From: Octopus sinensis
Taxonomy: Eukaryota
DNA length: 64,000 nt
Assembly: GCF_006345805.1 (NCBI RefSeq)
Contig: NC_043004.1
Span: forward strand, 38,378,001-38,442,000
Direction: 5' to 3'
Of this stretch, positions 1 to 13,756 are shown one piece after another. How positions within the stretch are numbered: the stretch's first letter is position 1; every line of letters starts with the position of its first letter. The position numbers and the translations under genes were made by a program. The notes beneath the pieces are model-generated. The model had not been told where the DNA came from. It saw only the letters and a list, made by a program, of their open reading frames with translations, and searched no databases.

Positions 1-943
1 ACAGAAAATCCAACCTAAATCACTTTTAAACAGAAAACGTTGAACATTGTAATCGCACTAACAACAATTGCAACAATTAAACAGCAAAGTATTCTACGGG
101 CACAAATTATAGATACACATATTTTTAGATACATATATTGCCTCCTATAGTTATAGAAATTTGTAGAGTCGAGAAACGCATTAGGTTTTTAGGTTATTTA
201 TCATACGTGTAGATTAACACCCACTAGATTTAAATTTGCTTTTCAACTATGTAAAGGCAATGGAATGTCAGTTGTTGTTTATCTCATTGTAATGCAAGAT
301 GGTGGGGCATTTCAGTAGTGGCTGTTCGTCATTTTCTTATATTTAAGTCTACAGTCTCCAATAAATTATATTTAATAAAAGCGAAATCATTTGAAAGAGT
401 TTACTGATATTTTTGTAGGTAGAATGACTAAAAAGAAAATGCTCTCGCTTTGCTTAGTAATGTATAAATTTTGTTTAAAGTGATGATAAAATCTCCACTA
501 TAAATACGAGAAATTAATGTTAATACAATAATTTAGGCACAATATGGTAGAAGCTTAATTTATATAAAGTGATATGCAATGAAACATTTTGAAGGTAAGA
601 TAAAGCGCATGATTGAAGTCTGGTCAGAGAAAAAGCGAATCTCCATAACATCGTATCCCGGAAATGCCAGTTAAGTTCCGAGCAATCGCTGTCGACCTCG
701 CTGTTGACGAAAAAGAGGATCATAAATATATTCTCAGAGAGACTACCCGAATGCATCCATGCAATTAAGCACACTTTCACACAGTATGATAAAAACAAAA
801 ACCTAACCGATGCAGACTAAACACTAAAAATATATACTCCGACCTTTTGAATCCACCGCCCCAACCTCATCGAGTGACAACTTCATTTACAATAGACCTG
901 AAACCTATACATCGGAAGAACCGAATGAGAATAATAGAACGTA

Positions 944-1067
944 CTAGCAGTATAACCCGGCTTTCCCTTGGATTAAGTTAGGATTATTAAGCTAATCAAA
1001 TTATTTATTTCAAACCAAACTAAGTAACATCGGCGTCAAATTTGGGCGAAATCCGTTGAAATTTGTT

Positions 1068-1100
<33 letters not shown>

Positions 1101-2150
1101 TTATATATATATGTATATATATTATAAAATCCGTTCTGTCTGTGTGTGTGTCTTCTAGGATCTGGGGCATCCTTCATCCGATTGCGCTCAAATTTGACAT
1201 GTAGATACCGACGGTATCAGGGCGTGTATAAGTCTTGAAAAATTACAAAAATCAATTCCAAGTGAGAATGCGATCGATACTACGCATAGCGAGAAAATGG
1301 ACGTGCAGTTTGCGCAAAAACAAGCCGGCTGGCTTGAAATAATGCCACAAAATGGGACAGTCGGACAAGGTATTTCGAGAAAATTTGGTTTAAATGTTTG
1401 ACAACTCAGCACCGTCCAATGGACGGGGGACGTTTTGATCGTATATATATGGGAAACAAAACACACATACACACACGTACGTACGTACACCTATTGCATA
1501 TGTTTTTTGTACGCATACATTTTCGTGTGTGGTGTGTGTGTGTGTTTATGTGTGTTTATGTGTGTGTGTGCTGCCTGTATATCAATAAAACATTTTTTCC
1601 TCGATGGAAAAAGAGACAAAAGTCTTAACAAAAAACTTACTCGTCGCTAGGAGGTAACTTAACTCCTGTTTGCAAACAAGGGAGATTTCTCCGACTTGAA
1701 AATTGTTAAAAGTTTTGGTTGAAATTTTATATTTACTGCTATTCGCTGGTGCCTATGGCAAAAATAAGTTGACGAAAATACAGCTAGGGTCAGGAGGAAT
1801 GTCCTAAAATTGGAGCGACGTGTGTGCTAATTTGTGGACGTGCATAAATTACATTTACGTACACACGCACACAGACACACACACACACAAACACACACTC
1901 ACACACACACACTCATACACACACACTCATACACACACACATACTGCCTTTCATATAGTTTATCCAAACATGAAAACACAAAGAGAAAACACAACAACGC
2001 GAGGACGTGGAACGAATATAGTATTATTGGACGCTCAGTAAGGAAGGGAAGAACGTTTCGAGCGGAGCTCTTCGTCGGAAACATAGGAGAAGGAAAGATC
2101 CAGAGAAGGGAAGACATAGGAAAAAAATCGCCAACGGTACACACGCGGTC
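944..2150. mobile_element. Composite insertion with Helitron-like ends, simple repeats and a Penelope-type LTR fragment
   Basis: Absent from the paralogous site (~39450). It has a minus-strand hairpin + CTAG 3' end at 944-970 and a Helitron-like 5' region (ataaaatccgttctgtctgtgtg) at ~1122. Confidence 0.5.
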
Positions 2151-2194
2151 AGACAACATACTCTAGATATAAATGTAATAGCAAAACATCTGAC

Positions 2195-2305
2195 CAGTAA
2201 TTATTCTATCGGTTTCTTTTGCCGAACCGGTGAATTACGGGGGACGTAAAAGCACAAGAATCGGCTGTGAAGCGATGACGATGGGGTCAAACACAGACAC
2301 ACCAA

Positions 2306-2384
<79 letters not shown>

Positions 2385-2538
2385 TCCGACAGGTTTCTTT
2401 CAGTTTTCGTCAACCAATTACACTCACAAGGCTTTGATTGACAGCAGCTATAGGAAAAGACATCTGCCCAAAGTGCCGCGTGGTGGGACTGAACCTGGAA
2501 CCATGTGGCTCAGACGCAAGCTCCTTCCCACACGGCCA
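2195..2538 (-). mobile_element. tRNA-derived CORE-like SINE
   Basis: Head gtgtgggaaggagcttgcg..ccacatggttccaggttcagtccc followed by the core ..gggcagatgtc. Confidence 0.85.
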
Positions 2539-2569
2539 TTGTCAACATTTTACACGTAAAATGTTGACA

Positions 2570-2610
2570 GTGGTTTCTAGATTTCGGTTTAGTCGCCATC
2601 ATCAGACCAC
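2570..2610 (-). ncRNA. Degenerate minimal hammerhead
   Basis: GTGGT CTGATGA TGG..CC GAAA TCTAG AA ACCAC. The paralog at 38679-38714 retains the GTA triplet but has lost stem II. Confidence 0.5.
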
Positions 2611-2683
2611 AGACTGTCCGGCTCATGAGGTCGAGGAAGCCGAACCTTCGAAGATACTCCTAATTTATTCCTACACGCGCGCG

Positions 2684-2744
<61 letters not shown>

Positions 2745-3280
2745 GCACGCACATGTTTGTATGATTGCATGTATGTATGTAATATTTTGGACTAATTACC
2801 ATATATCATTTAGTGTGTGGATGTTTTGCGAAAAGCACTAACACAGTTTGGACTAACGGGTGTCTCTGTAGTTATATTTCCTCTGGATCTACATCAGTAA
2901 TTCTGCAGTGTTAGCTGAGATAATAATCGACTGAGTAAACAGAAGATGGAATACGTAGGAATCATTATTTTGTACGCCGATCGTTTCGATCCATCCTGCG
3001 ATAGTCACAAGAACAACACAAAACTACTCATAAACGCAGAAGTAATAACTATACCAGTCACAATGACTTGAACAACAACACTAACCTACCTATAAATGAT
3101 ATCCTCAACAACAACTATAGCAACCCTCTAACACGTGTCTGTCACAACAACTCAAACAACAACACAAACACACCCAGAAATAATAGATATGATAATAGGT
3201 TAACAACTAGCACAAGTGAACATAGCACCGGCTGTAAACATGCTAATAAAATAAGTAGCAACCAATGCTAATGCAGAGAC

Positions 3281-3322
<42 letters not shown>

Positions 3323-4299
3323 TATTATATATATATATATAATATATATATATTATATATATAAGAGCCGTAATGTAGTATACATATGTATCGTAAATAC
3401 TTGGGGATTCCTGTATGTATAGAGCGGATGATCGGTCGATATTTTCAAAAATAGAAATCGAAACCATATCGCCAGCATTCGAAAGGTCCATAAACGGCAC
3501 GCAACATCACAGGCTGATTTCATTAGGCGACTCATTAAAGTGAAGGTCAAATTTGATCTGCCCTTATCAATAATTAGACACGAGAGTCTCTATAACACGC
3601 TATCCCGGAAATGCCAGTTACGTTTCGATGAATCGCTGTCTATATTATTGAGGAAAGATAGGATTATAAATATATTCTCAGAGAGACTACGCAGATGCAT
3701 GCATGCGATTAAGCACATTTTCACACAGTATGATAGAAACAAAAACCTAACCGATGCAGACTAAACACTAAAAACACATACTCCGATCTATTGAATTCAC
3801 CGCCCCAACCTCATCGAGTGACAACTTCATTTACAACAAACCTGAAACCTACACCACGGAAAAACCGAATGAGAATAATACAACGTATACAATGTAAACT
3901 GAGACAGCATACACTAGATAGAAATGTATATAACAAAGCGCCTGCTTAAACCCCACTATAACCTTAGAATTACTGTGATAACACACTTTTAATACCATTA
4001 CTGAATAGGGCTCATCACATCTATATAACCCTCCCACACAATTTCTCCTGTCCATATTCTTTCTTTCTTCTTTCTAATACCCTTCGCTCGCTTTAAACTT
4101 TATGTAATTTAATTTTCATCTAACAGCCTCTTGCTATCAACATCCCTCTTTCATTTATTTGGTAGAATTTTTTTTGTCTTTTTTCATCCTTTCTTGTCAA
4201 CACTTGATGTATATATATTCTTTTACTCTTTTCTTTTACTCGATCCAGTCATTTTACTGTAGCTATGCTTAAGAACTACCTTAAAAGGAATTCAGTCCG

Positions 4300-4608
4300 A
4301 GATATCGACTTTGTAAGCCTAGTACTTATTCTGTTGGTTTCTTTAGCCGAACCACTAAGTTACGTAGACGTAAAAAGACCAACATCGGTTGTCAAACGAT
4401 GTTGAGGGGACGAAAAGACACAAAGTTACAAGCACATAAATAAACACATACACGACAGGTCTGTTTTAGTTTCCGTCAACCAAATCCATTGACAGAGTTT
4501 TGATAGATATGAAGCTATAGGAGAAGACATCTGCCCAAGGTGACACGCAGTGAAACCCAGAACGATGTGTTTGGGAAGCAAGCTTTTCGTCACACATCCA
4601 TGCTTGAA

Positions 4609-4610
<2 letters not shown>
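4300..4610 (-). mobile_element. CORE-like SINE
   Basis: Same family; mirrored by 36842-37200. Confidence 0.85.
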
Positions 4611-4682
<72 letters not shown>

Positions 4683-4760
4683 ACATACATATATATATAT
4701 ATACATACATATATATATATATATACATACATATATATATATGTATATATATATATACAT

Positions 4761-4806
<46 letters not shown>

Positions 4807-4868
4807 TATATATATAATATATATATATATGTATATACACACATACATACATACACACACAGACACAG

Positions 4869-4901
<33 letters not shown>

Positions 4902-4904
4902 AAT

Positions 4905-6060
4905 GGAGTTAAACGCAGTTGTTATTCAAATTCTTTTACTTCCGATATATGTTTCGAAAATATCACAGGTATTATTCCAAAGGAATAAAATGTTGTAAAA
5001 CAATGTAATCTTCTCTTCAGAGAAGTGAAGAAATGAAACTCGTCAATAAAACATTTTGACAGAAAATGATAGATATGTATAGTGATTAAATGAACGCTAT
5101 TAAGATTATTTCAAAAAAACGTTATAGTAGATAACGTCAAAGGTAGCCTATAGAAAGAGGAAGGATAAAGGAAAGAAAAACTAAATAAATGAGAAGTATA
5201 TAACTATATGCATATTAAATAAAACCATATAGACTTGGAAAAAGATATATCTAGTGAATGTGAAATGTAAGAAGAAAATAAATGTGTAAATTATATATAA
5301 TGATAAATATCACTTATATGAACTAAAGTTTCATATAAAGGTTCATCCATCAACCAAATAGTACTTAATAAGGCACTTTGGCTTGCCCATAACAAAGCTG
5401 GTCTCACCAGAGAAGAAATTAATGTTGTGTTGGCAGCCAGAAAATCTATTATAAAATTTGATAATAAGTTGTGGGTCCGCAAAGACACACCAGATAGCTT
5501 TGATATTACAATGGGAAGTTCTGATTCAGCACAAATAGCTGTTTTAGTCTGTATATATATATATACTTTTTGAAATGACAGAACAGTTCCCTAACATTAA
5601 TTGAGGTCTATATCGTGATGATTGTTTACTTTACCTCCAGAATGTTTCCAACCAAAAGGTACAAAAAGTTAAGAATAGTTTAGTTAAATTTTTATGATGA
5701 TGTGACGAAGGCCAACTTTTTAGATATTACGCTTAACTTACCACAAACCATCGACCTATTAGCAAATTCAGTAATCATTCTTGAGCAATTACTAGGAACT
5801 TAGTTAAAAATATTTCATTTAGATTGTCTAAGTTATCTGTTACTGTTGACAATTTTAATGATGAGGCCGTAATTTTATAATTCTGCCTTACTTAAAGCAG
5901 GTTATACAGAGAAAGTTACCTACATTAATTCCATTCAATCTTATTCTACCTTTACTAGTTGTACGGATATAAACGATATCAATTTTAATTTATGCACCAA
6001 AACCAAACAGAGGAAGGGAGATCACCCTTATTTAATCCCCTATTTCCGTTCTAATGTTAA
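4905..6060 (+). mobile_element. Degraded Penelope-like element (RT fragment, AT-rich family)
   Basis: Plus-strand translation gives LNKAL...ARKSIIKFDNKLWVRKD...FDITMGSSDSAQ and GLYRDD (~5605), typical of PLE reverse transcriptase. An inverted hammerhead lies at the 5' end. Confidence 0.75.
4938..5026 (-). ncRNA. Degenerate type I hammerhead with branched stem II (Penelope inverted pLTR)
   Basis: ACTTCT CTGAAGA GAAGAT...ATTTTC GAAA C ATAT A TC GGAAGT. Stem III has a C-A mismatch. Confidence 0.6.
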
Positions 6061-6064
6061 ATCC

Positions 6065-8833
6065 AGGTCTTTTCCACGTTTAATTTATTTCTTCGCCATG
6101 TTTCTTTTCCTCGTTGTACTACCACGCATGACTACAAATCTTTCTTCCTCACTATTCACAACCGCCTAAAACACACTCCTCACACATCTCTGCATACTTT
6201 CTTCCCACTGCTTTCAACCTTCCATTAACCTTTCTTTACTCATTTTCAAAAAACTCGTTTCCCTAGCTACATTTCGTTTCTCAGTCGCTGCTTACATCAC
6301 CACCTCATCCCTAAAGGTTTCCGCCTCCATTTCCACCCCACTTTCCGCACTACAACAATCATCCTGCCCATACTCCGTACTACATCCTACCGCCTTATGC
6401 GTGTCACCATTCGCTCCAATCTCTCTAAAATGCATTCCATCGATCGCCTTCTCCCTCAGGATTTTTCCATCTTTTTCTCATCTCTGTCGCCCTCCCATGC
6501 TCACAACACGTTGCGTTATATAATTCATTTAAATCATCTCTTTCATCAATTTCTTGCCAACACCAAACTTCGTAAACTCCACTCATTCCTCCATTCCATC
6601 AAACCCGATGTTACTACTCCAACTCCTGCACTACCCTTCTCCCACCCTGATATGCTCCCCCACTCCACCCCACCCCTGCCCCTACAAATCCCCTCACACA
6701 TGCACCCCATCCCCTCCATCCAAGCCTTCCACCATCCCTACCACCCCTCCTACCTCTACCCCATACACCCCTCCGATTACTATTCCATCCACCCCTTCTC
6801 CACTTCAGTCTGTTGTTACCATTCCCTCAGATCTTCTCTCTGAGGCGGAACACTCTTTCCTCAGTAGGGGTCTGCATTTCCTCTCTCTCACTCCATCCTG
6901 CAGCGAATTGCGGACTCGTGCTGATATCCACAGCTTTGTGCGCCGTATTAGGTTGTGTGCGCTTTTCCGCGATACTCCACCCGCATCTAAAGAAGAGGAC
7001 TGCTTCACCGATCTGGGCCGCTGACCATCCCAGTGGACGCCTGCCCCTGGGCAGTTCCGAGCAGCTGATTTTTTTTGCGGGCGCCTGCCAGCGCGCTGTA
7101 GACCGGTTTAACCTTTCCAGGCGTCACTGTCGTCTCAACATCTCCCCAGCCGAACTCTCGGCCCTTCGATCTCTCCGACGCCGCACTGACATCATTATAA
7201 AACCGGCCGACAAGGGTGGAGCTGTGGTGGTATGGCGCGCGGACCTCTACAAGGCCGAAGCTCTCCGCCAAGACACCTCCATCTACTGCCATCAGCCCTC
7301 TGAGCCCACGCCCAGCTACCAAGAGACTGTGTCCTTCACTATCGATGACCTCATCTCCTCCTCCCGCGTCTCCCATCGCCTCTAACCTCACTGTACTCAC
7401 CCCCGCACCCGCACTATTTACTTCCTCCCCCAAATCCACAAACCTAACAACCCTGGCAGCCCCATCGTCTCCGCCTGTAACTGCCCCTCCAAGCTTATCT
7501 CCAAATATCTTGACCGTGTCCTTGCCCCACTAGTGGCTTCTCTCCCTTCTCCCATCCATGTCACCAACCACGCACCTCGTTTGTTCAACTCTTTCTCCTT
7601 CTCTCCAGCCCCTCTAAACTTCTCTTCACTATCGACATCCAGAGCCTTTACACGGTGATCCCTCACCATGGGGGGGCTGCGTGCACTCAAACATTTCTTT
7701 GACCTCCGACGCAACCCCCAACACGACACCTCCACAGTCGTTCGTCTGGTCGAAATTGTCCTCTCACTCAACTGCTTCTCGTTTGCGGGCGATTTCTAAC
7801 AGCAGGTCTTGGAGTAGTCATGGGAACGAGAATGAGCTCCAACTGTGCGAACCTGTTCGTTAGCTATGTTGAGGCCCAAATATTCTCAAGTTTCACTGGT
7901 CCCACTCCCGAACTATATGCCCGTTATATTGACGACTGTATCGGTGCAACCTCACTCTCCCGCAAACATCTAGACTCCTTCCTCTCTTTTATCAAATCTT
8001 TCCATCCTGCCCCCACTTCTCCTGCACTATCTCTGACACCTCTGTCTCCTTTCTTGATATTTCGGTCAGCATTCTTCACTCCACTCTTACCACCTCCATC
8101 AACTACAAACACACAGAGTTACACTCCTACCTCAACTTCTCCTCCTCCCACCCTAAACACACCAAGCTTTCTATCCCCTATTCCCAATTCCTCCGTCTAC
8201 GCAGGCTCTGTAGTGACGACCATGACTTTGAGACTCAGTCTCAATTCATGGCTCGCCACTTCATCCTACGTGGATATTCCCTCACCACTATCCACACTGC
8301 CCTTGTCAGAGCACGTTCTGTAGACCGTGCATCTGCTCTCACTCCCTGAACCCGCCCTGCCGTCTCCCGCTTCCCTTTTCCCCTCACCTACCACCCCACG
8401 ATCCTACCTCTCGAACGCACCGTTCTCCGAGCTTTCAGGCATCTCCAGTCCGACCCCTCCACTTCACACATCTTCCCTAACCGACCCCTCCCAGCCTTCA
8501 AACGAGACCACCACCTACGAGACCTCTTGGTCCACAGCTTCTTCCCCAACCCAACGTCCCAACCTGGCTTGTTTCCCTGCTCCCGCCCACGCTGCCGCAC
8601 TTGTCCTTACCACTCGAACACCACCCTCCTCACCGGCACCCATCATCGACCCTATCACATCACCGATTCCTTCACCTGCACTTCTACCAATATCATCTAT
8701 TGCATCTCCTGCTCGCTCTGCCATTCTCTGTACATCGGACAAACGGAATGCCACTTGGCTGACCGGTTCGCAGAACACCTCCGAGACATCCGCCTCGGCA
8801 ATGACATCCCGGTCTCACGCCATTTCTCACGCT
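6065..8833 (+). mobile_element. Penelope-like element (RT + GIY-YIG), multiply frameshifted
   Basis: Motifs IIKPADKGGAVVVW, MGTRMSSNCANLF, YIDD and CSRPRCRTC...YCISCSLCHSLYIGQT...RFAEH. Same family as 47470-51290. Confidence 0.9.
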
Positions 8834-11800
8834 CCCTAATGTCTCCAACTTCCGCAGCAATGGTTTAAAAGCCAATACATACAGAAGCGGTAACAGAGGA
8901 AAGCCCTAGCGTACAGAGCGTTTATTCTTGAACGGCTTTGAAAAAAGATGTTCAGACGGACAATAAGTTAGTCTCGATGTCGCTGTAAAAAGCAGTAATA
9001 CAATCGCGGAGAATCGTGCCCAACCCGGCCTGCCCGAGGACCGCTGCCAGGTACCTAAAATCGACCCCATCAAATGCTTTGGATTGGTCTAAATGTACCA
9101 GTGCCCCATCTTTGCCAGAATTTTTTCCAACACTCTCTAAGGCGTAGCGTATAAAATGGAGATTGTCTTGAATTGACCTGCGCAGGATAGCGCAAGTTTG
9201 TGCCTCCCCGACAAGTCTGCCCACGACACACGCCACACGAAAATCTTTAACTCTGTGTTTAACAGAGCTAGGGGCCGAAAATTACTTATGATATCCACTT
9301 GCTCGGGTCCTTTCCGATCAACGTCACCACACTCGGCTCGCAGATCTGGGAATTCTCCCATTGTGCTGCCAGGCTGCCAGTTGGCGTAGACACTGGCCAG
9401 CAGGTGCCCGGACAAGTCTGGCATACTTTTGTAAAACTCATAGGCTAGACCTTCAAGACCCGGCGACTTGTCCCCGGGATACTAGTATAGCGCCTCGAAC
9501 AGCTCCGCAGCTGTGATCGGCTCCTTACAGCACTCAGCCTCTCGTGCCGAGAGACACGGGTCATTACCTAGGAAGTCCCGCAGGGCTTCACCATGGTCTA
9601 GAGTTCTGCTGCTCCGAGCAACTCGGCGAAGTGCTTGTAAAGTGCCTCATACATCTCATCCTTTCCTTTGACCAAACGTTCATTTTCGTCAATCAAGGAC
9701 CTGATTATGGCATCTTTGCTACGCTGGGTCTCTACCATACGGGCTCACCAGGCAACATTAATTTCGTCGCGGCTCAATGTACATGCTTTATCCCGAACCA
9801 TGCATCCCTCATGTTTGGATTCAAAACTTATGGTTCATTTTAGGGAAAACCACCACCGGCTATTCACTACGGTACCGGATAATGCCATTTTCACTAACTC
9901 CTTAATCCAGTTATGGTATGCCTCAGAAGCCAAAATAGACTTGTTCAGCTTCCAGTCACCAGATCCCTGTCTATTGGCACCATTTAATGGTAAGTGTAGG
10001 CGACTTTAACAACCTGCGGACAGGTGAAGCCAGACTTATCTCTAATCCTTATAACTATCTTGTCTAAGTAAGACTTGAGCTTCCCGTCGCCATTCATCTA
10101 AGTCCACACTGGGACGCTCGGGTGCACAAGTCAATAACGATCTGCCAGCTGAAAACGCTTAAGCAGATCGATGAGGCGTAAGTAAACATTCCTACCAGTC
10201 GAAGCACAGCTATTCAGACGTGCGCCCACGATGGCATTGTAGTCTCCTAACACAGCTAATGACTTGGACGTCACGAAAAGGTCTCTAGACGCCGATAGAA
10301 ATCCGTTTGCAGCCTTCTTGTACAAGGCGCATAAATACCGATCAACCTGAAGGTCTTGTTGCTGTATGTTACGTCAAGGACGACTAGCCCACCTTCAGGG
10401 TCCACAAAGACCGTACTTGTCTGAAGAGCCAAGCCTTTTCGGACCAGGACTACTACACCCCTCAACCTCCGGTCAGGCCAAGAGACATGATTTTCTCATA
10501 GCCATTCAAGAAGGCCGAGAAGGTTAGTAGCCTATCCAGCTTGGACTCTGTAGCAACCATCAAATGTATATCATGTGATCTGAGGTCGTTGAGGAAGCAT
10601 GCTTGCTTCAACTTCGAGTTCAGACCACGTACATTTATACAACCAAGGCTAAGAGTTGACATTTTAAGGGAAATTAAAGGTTTTACTTACTTTTCATAGG
10701 CGATGTAGGGGCCGATCTCACGTCTCGTGAGGGGGTCCCTGTTTTCTCCTCTTTCCTGAGGTATTTTGGAACGTCTTTTGATCTAGAGATAGCTTTTGGA
10801 TGCCTCTCCTCCAGCTGTTTAAATAATATTTCGCCTATCCAGGCACATTGTCTAGGATAGTCCTTGTGTCTTGGATATAATATTGTAGCGTGGTGTGGGG
10901 CTATCACTTCATTTGTGTATTTGTCCTTTGGGTCGAACTCAACCAATATTGGTCTTTCGCCTGGTTTTTCTGGGACGGTTGGGCGTTTTTTTTAATGTTT
11001 GAGTAGTAGTATTTTCCGGTTTTGTGAGAGATGTGGACGGGGATCGTATCAACATTCTTTTGGTCGGGCCTCGAACAACAGTGTACGCCCCCTCGACCTT
11101 CTCCATGGTGTCATCTGCACTTTTATTGTCAGGGCCGTCGACGTTGAGCGGGGGTATTTTGTTGTCGGGACTGGTGAGTGCGTGGGTTGGGGCTTTTGGA
11201 ATACCTGTTTGGAGACTTGTGCGGGCACCACAGTTTGGGGAGTGGGTGTAGAGGCTGGTATGTGTGTGGTTTTGGGAGCAGTTTTTTTTTGGTTTGTGAG
11301 AGGTCAGGTGTATGTTTATTCACAGAAGTTTGGGCATTTACATTATCTTCCTTTTTTCCCAAAGTCGCAGTCAGCCCTTATATGGTCTTTTCAACCGCAT
11401 TTAAAACATCTGGATTTTCTTCGACCCCCACATGAATTTTGAGGGCCACGTTCTCGCCCACAAGCACTCAGTCGGGAATCCATTCTAAGTCTTCTGGTGC
11501 CGCATGAATGATGGCTGCGAAGGTCTGCCCGAGCCAATTTTGTTGGGCAGAGCGTGATACTTGTAAGATATTAATTTTATATTCCCTGTTAAATAACAGG
11601 GTGGCCAGCACCCACCTGGCATCAACCTGCGGTACCTCTGTCACTCTGACTCGAGACAAAAGCACCACTTCTTTCGTCTTCAACGTGCTGACAGTGTGCT
11701 GGCGGGTCATCTCTATTGTTCTGAATCTGGCTTCTATTGTGCCAAATTTCTTTCCTCTTGTTATATAGCTAATATATTTTTATATGAGTGCCAGGAATTT

Positions 11801-12515
11801 TAAAATTTTATTCTGTTCCATATGTTTCATTTTTTTTCTTCTGGGCAGAACGTTTCGAAAATAATTGCTTTTGTAATAATCTCTTCTGATGTGTTGGGGT
11901 GAAGTGATATGTTTACCCCACCTTGCTCCTCTGTCATTCTTTTGACATTTCCTGGAGTTCCCCCAAAGGGATCTCCAGACTTTCCATTTGTACAGCGGTG
12001 ACTGCTGCAAGGCCTTTGATGACTTGTTTTGGAGGCTGGTTAGTCTCCAAAGTATAACTCTCTTCGAGAGACATTTTTCTCTTATTATCTCAACCGACAT
12101 TTCGGTCGAGAGAAATCAGAACACACACGAAAAACAGTTCCAAAATTTTTTGGCAATCAATAAGTTAAAATCTTATCCCTGTCAGGGGAAGGGGCGCAGC
12201 TCAATGTAGCCCAAAACTTCTTTTTTGCAAAAGAAAAATTATAATCTTCCGTTCCTTTTTTCTCTTCAAAAGATTTCTTCTTCTCAAGAACAACAAAAAT
12301 TCAAATTCCACCCCTGTTTGGAGGTGGGGCGCAGTTCAACAATGCCTACAAAATCTAAATTATAAAAATGCACTCCGTTAAAGAATTCAATCGAATAAAG
12401 AAATGCCAAATGGCTACAGAAATTTCACTATTCCCGGGAATACCAGGAATTAAAAAATTAGCCCAACAAAGCCTGCAAACAAGCAACAGTTCAAAATAAC
12501 AATTTTCACCGCGGA
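8834..12515 (-). mobile_element. Tx1/L1-like LINE: 5' UTR, ORF1, and ORF2 (APE + partial RT), 3'-truncated and degraded
   Basis: ORF2 starts MSTLSLGCINVRGL (APE domain) at 10662. It contains FRLIGIYAP, LGDYNA, NFRPLALLN.ELKI, LDQSKAFD and PLLYVLAFKPLLRKL. Confidence 0.9.
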
Positions 12516-13350
12516 ACGCTCCTTTACGCTCTGACTTTCAGTGTTACGTCTTCGACCGTAATAGTCTCTACCATACTTACGATATCTTCCGAGGCTACCT
12601 GTACTACCAACTCCGGGCTTTACCCTTTCCAGTTCCTGTGGAGTGATGTGGTGGCTTCGACGACCACCACCTTCACTTCCATGTGTGGCAGCTACCAGCC
12701 AGGTTACATCCACTTCTGGGGGTATATCTTCTACCCTAATCCTGGAAGCAACTCTCTCATGGTATACGGGTAGAAGTACCACTTCTTCGGTTTTTAGTGG
12801 TGTTACTGAGTGTAGCCTGACAGTAACTACTTCCCGAAACTGCACCTCCACTGTCCCAAATTTTCTTCCACTTTGAAGGTAGGAAACCCACTGTCAGTTT
12901 GGTTTAAATGCCTTTTCTATTTGAGCCTTCGACACGACTTCAATCTTCATGGCTGGAACCAAGTATGTTGTGTAAATTATTGTTTTCTCATTTTTACTGT
13001 TAAAACTTCTTGGGTGGCGGGGCAGCTTCAATTCGTTCCCCTCCTTTTTAATCATTCCCTTGAATTTACTCAATTCTTCCAGTCTCACGTCTTCGCTTTT
13101 TTCTTTCGTCGTCTCTACATAATTCTTTTTCTCCATTACTTCGTTGATCGATTTTCTTCAAACGCTTTACCCTTTCTTCCTCAGACGACACAGAGTCTGA
13201 AGAAGAATAATTCAAATCTTCACAACCCATCATCCGATACCCCTCCATTAAAGAAGAGGGTAAACTTCGCTGCAAGACAAAAAACAAAAACAAAAAAAAA
13301 ACACGTGTGTTACAAACAAAGACAGTATTTCGACTAGCAAACGGTATACC
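12516..13350 (-). mobile_element. 5' portion of a second Tx1-like element (5' UTR + ORF1 N-terminus)
   Basis: ORF1 motif LKTEEVVLLPVY..RIRVEDIPPEVDVTWLVAA is shared with 45669-46019 and 60845-61345. The 5' end abuts a SINE head at 13351. Confidence 0.8.
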
Positions 13351-13381
13351 GGAAGCAAGCTTCTTACCACACAGCCACGCC
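13351..13381 (-). mobile_element. SINE head only, truncated by the LINE junction
   Basis: The minus strand reads ggcgtggctgtgtggtaagaagcttgcttcc and then LINE 5' UTR. Confidence 0.85.
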
Positions 13382-13756
13382 TATGTATATAATGTGTATA
13401 TAAACATGTCTGTTTGTGTATGTGTTGTGAGTGCAAGTATGTGTGTGCGTCAGTGTGAGTGTGTATAAGTATACGTGCATATATTAATGAATGACGGCAT
13501 TATTCGTATTCACAAAAGTAGCATTCTAGTAGAATCATTAGGAAGCCAGACAAAATGTTCAGTGGCGTTTCTTCACTTTTTGCAGTCTGGTTTCATCTTC
13601 TGTCCCGATCGACTTTCTCTTTCATCCTTCTGGAGTCGATTTTAAACGTTGTGTCCATAATATTGATAATTCTTTTGTTATATTTCATACATTGTGTTCA
13701 TACATTTGTATTCAATATTTGAATGAAATGGGTTTTTAATATTTCTATATTTTTAG

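Larger units (their letters stand above)
1..4880. repeat. Segment duplicated in inverted orientation at ~36730-40398 (composite of Penelope-like pLTR pieces, SINEs and microsatellites)
   Basis: Spurious ORFs match in mirrored order (520-798/39601-39879, 3068-3271/38107-38310, 3540-3764/37684-37908, 3849-4055/37393-37599). Position 1 aligns to ~40398. This copy carries an extra insertion at ~944-2150. Confidence 0.9.

Noticed and set aside
2146-2167. CTAG as the 3' end of a plus-strand Helitron
   Set aside because: The paralogous empty site (~39430-39450) contains the same aacatact..gatataaatg sequence, so it is host flank.
13723-13756. ORF-track start MKWVFNISIFL for the Cys-rich protein
   Set aside because: This is the intronic polypyrimidine tract. 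The paralog has a different frame here, both copies have a TTTTAG acceptor, and there is no signal peptide.
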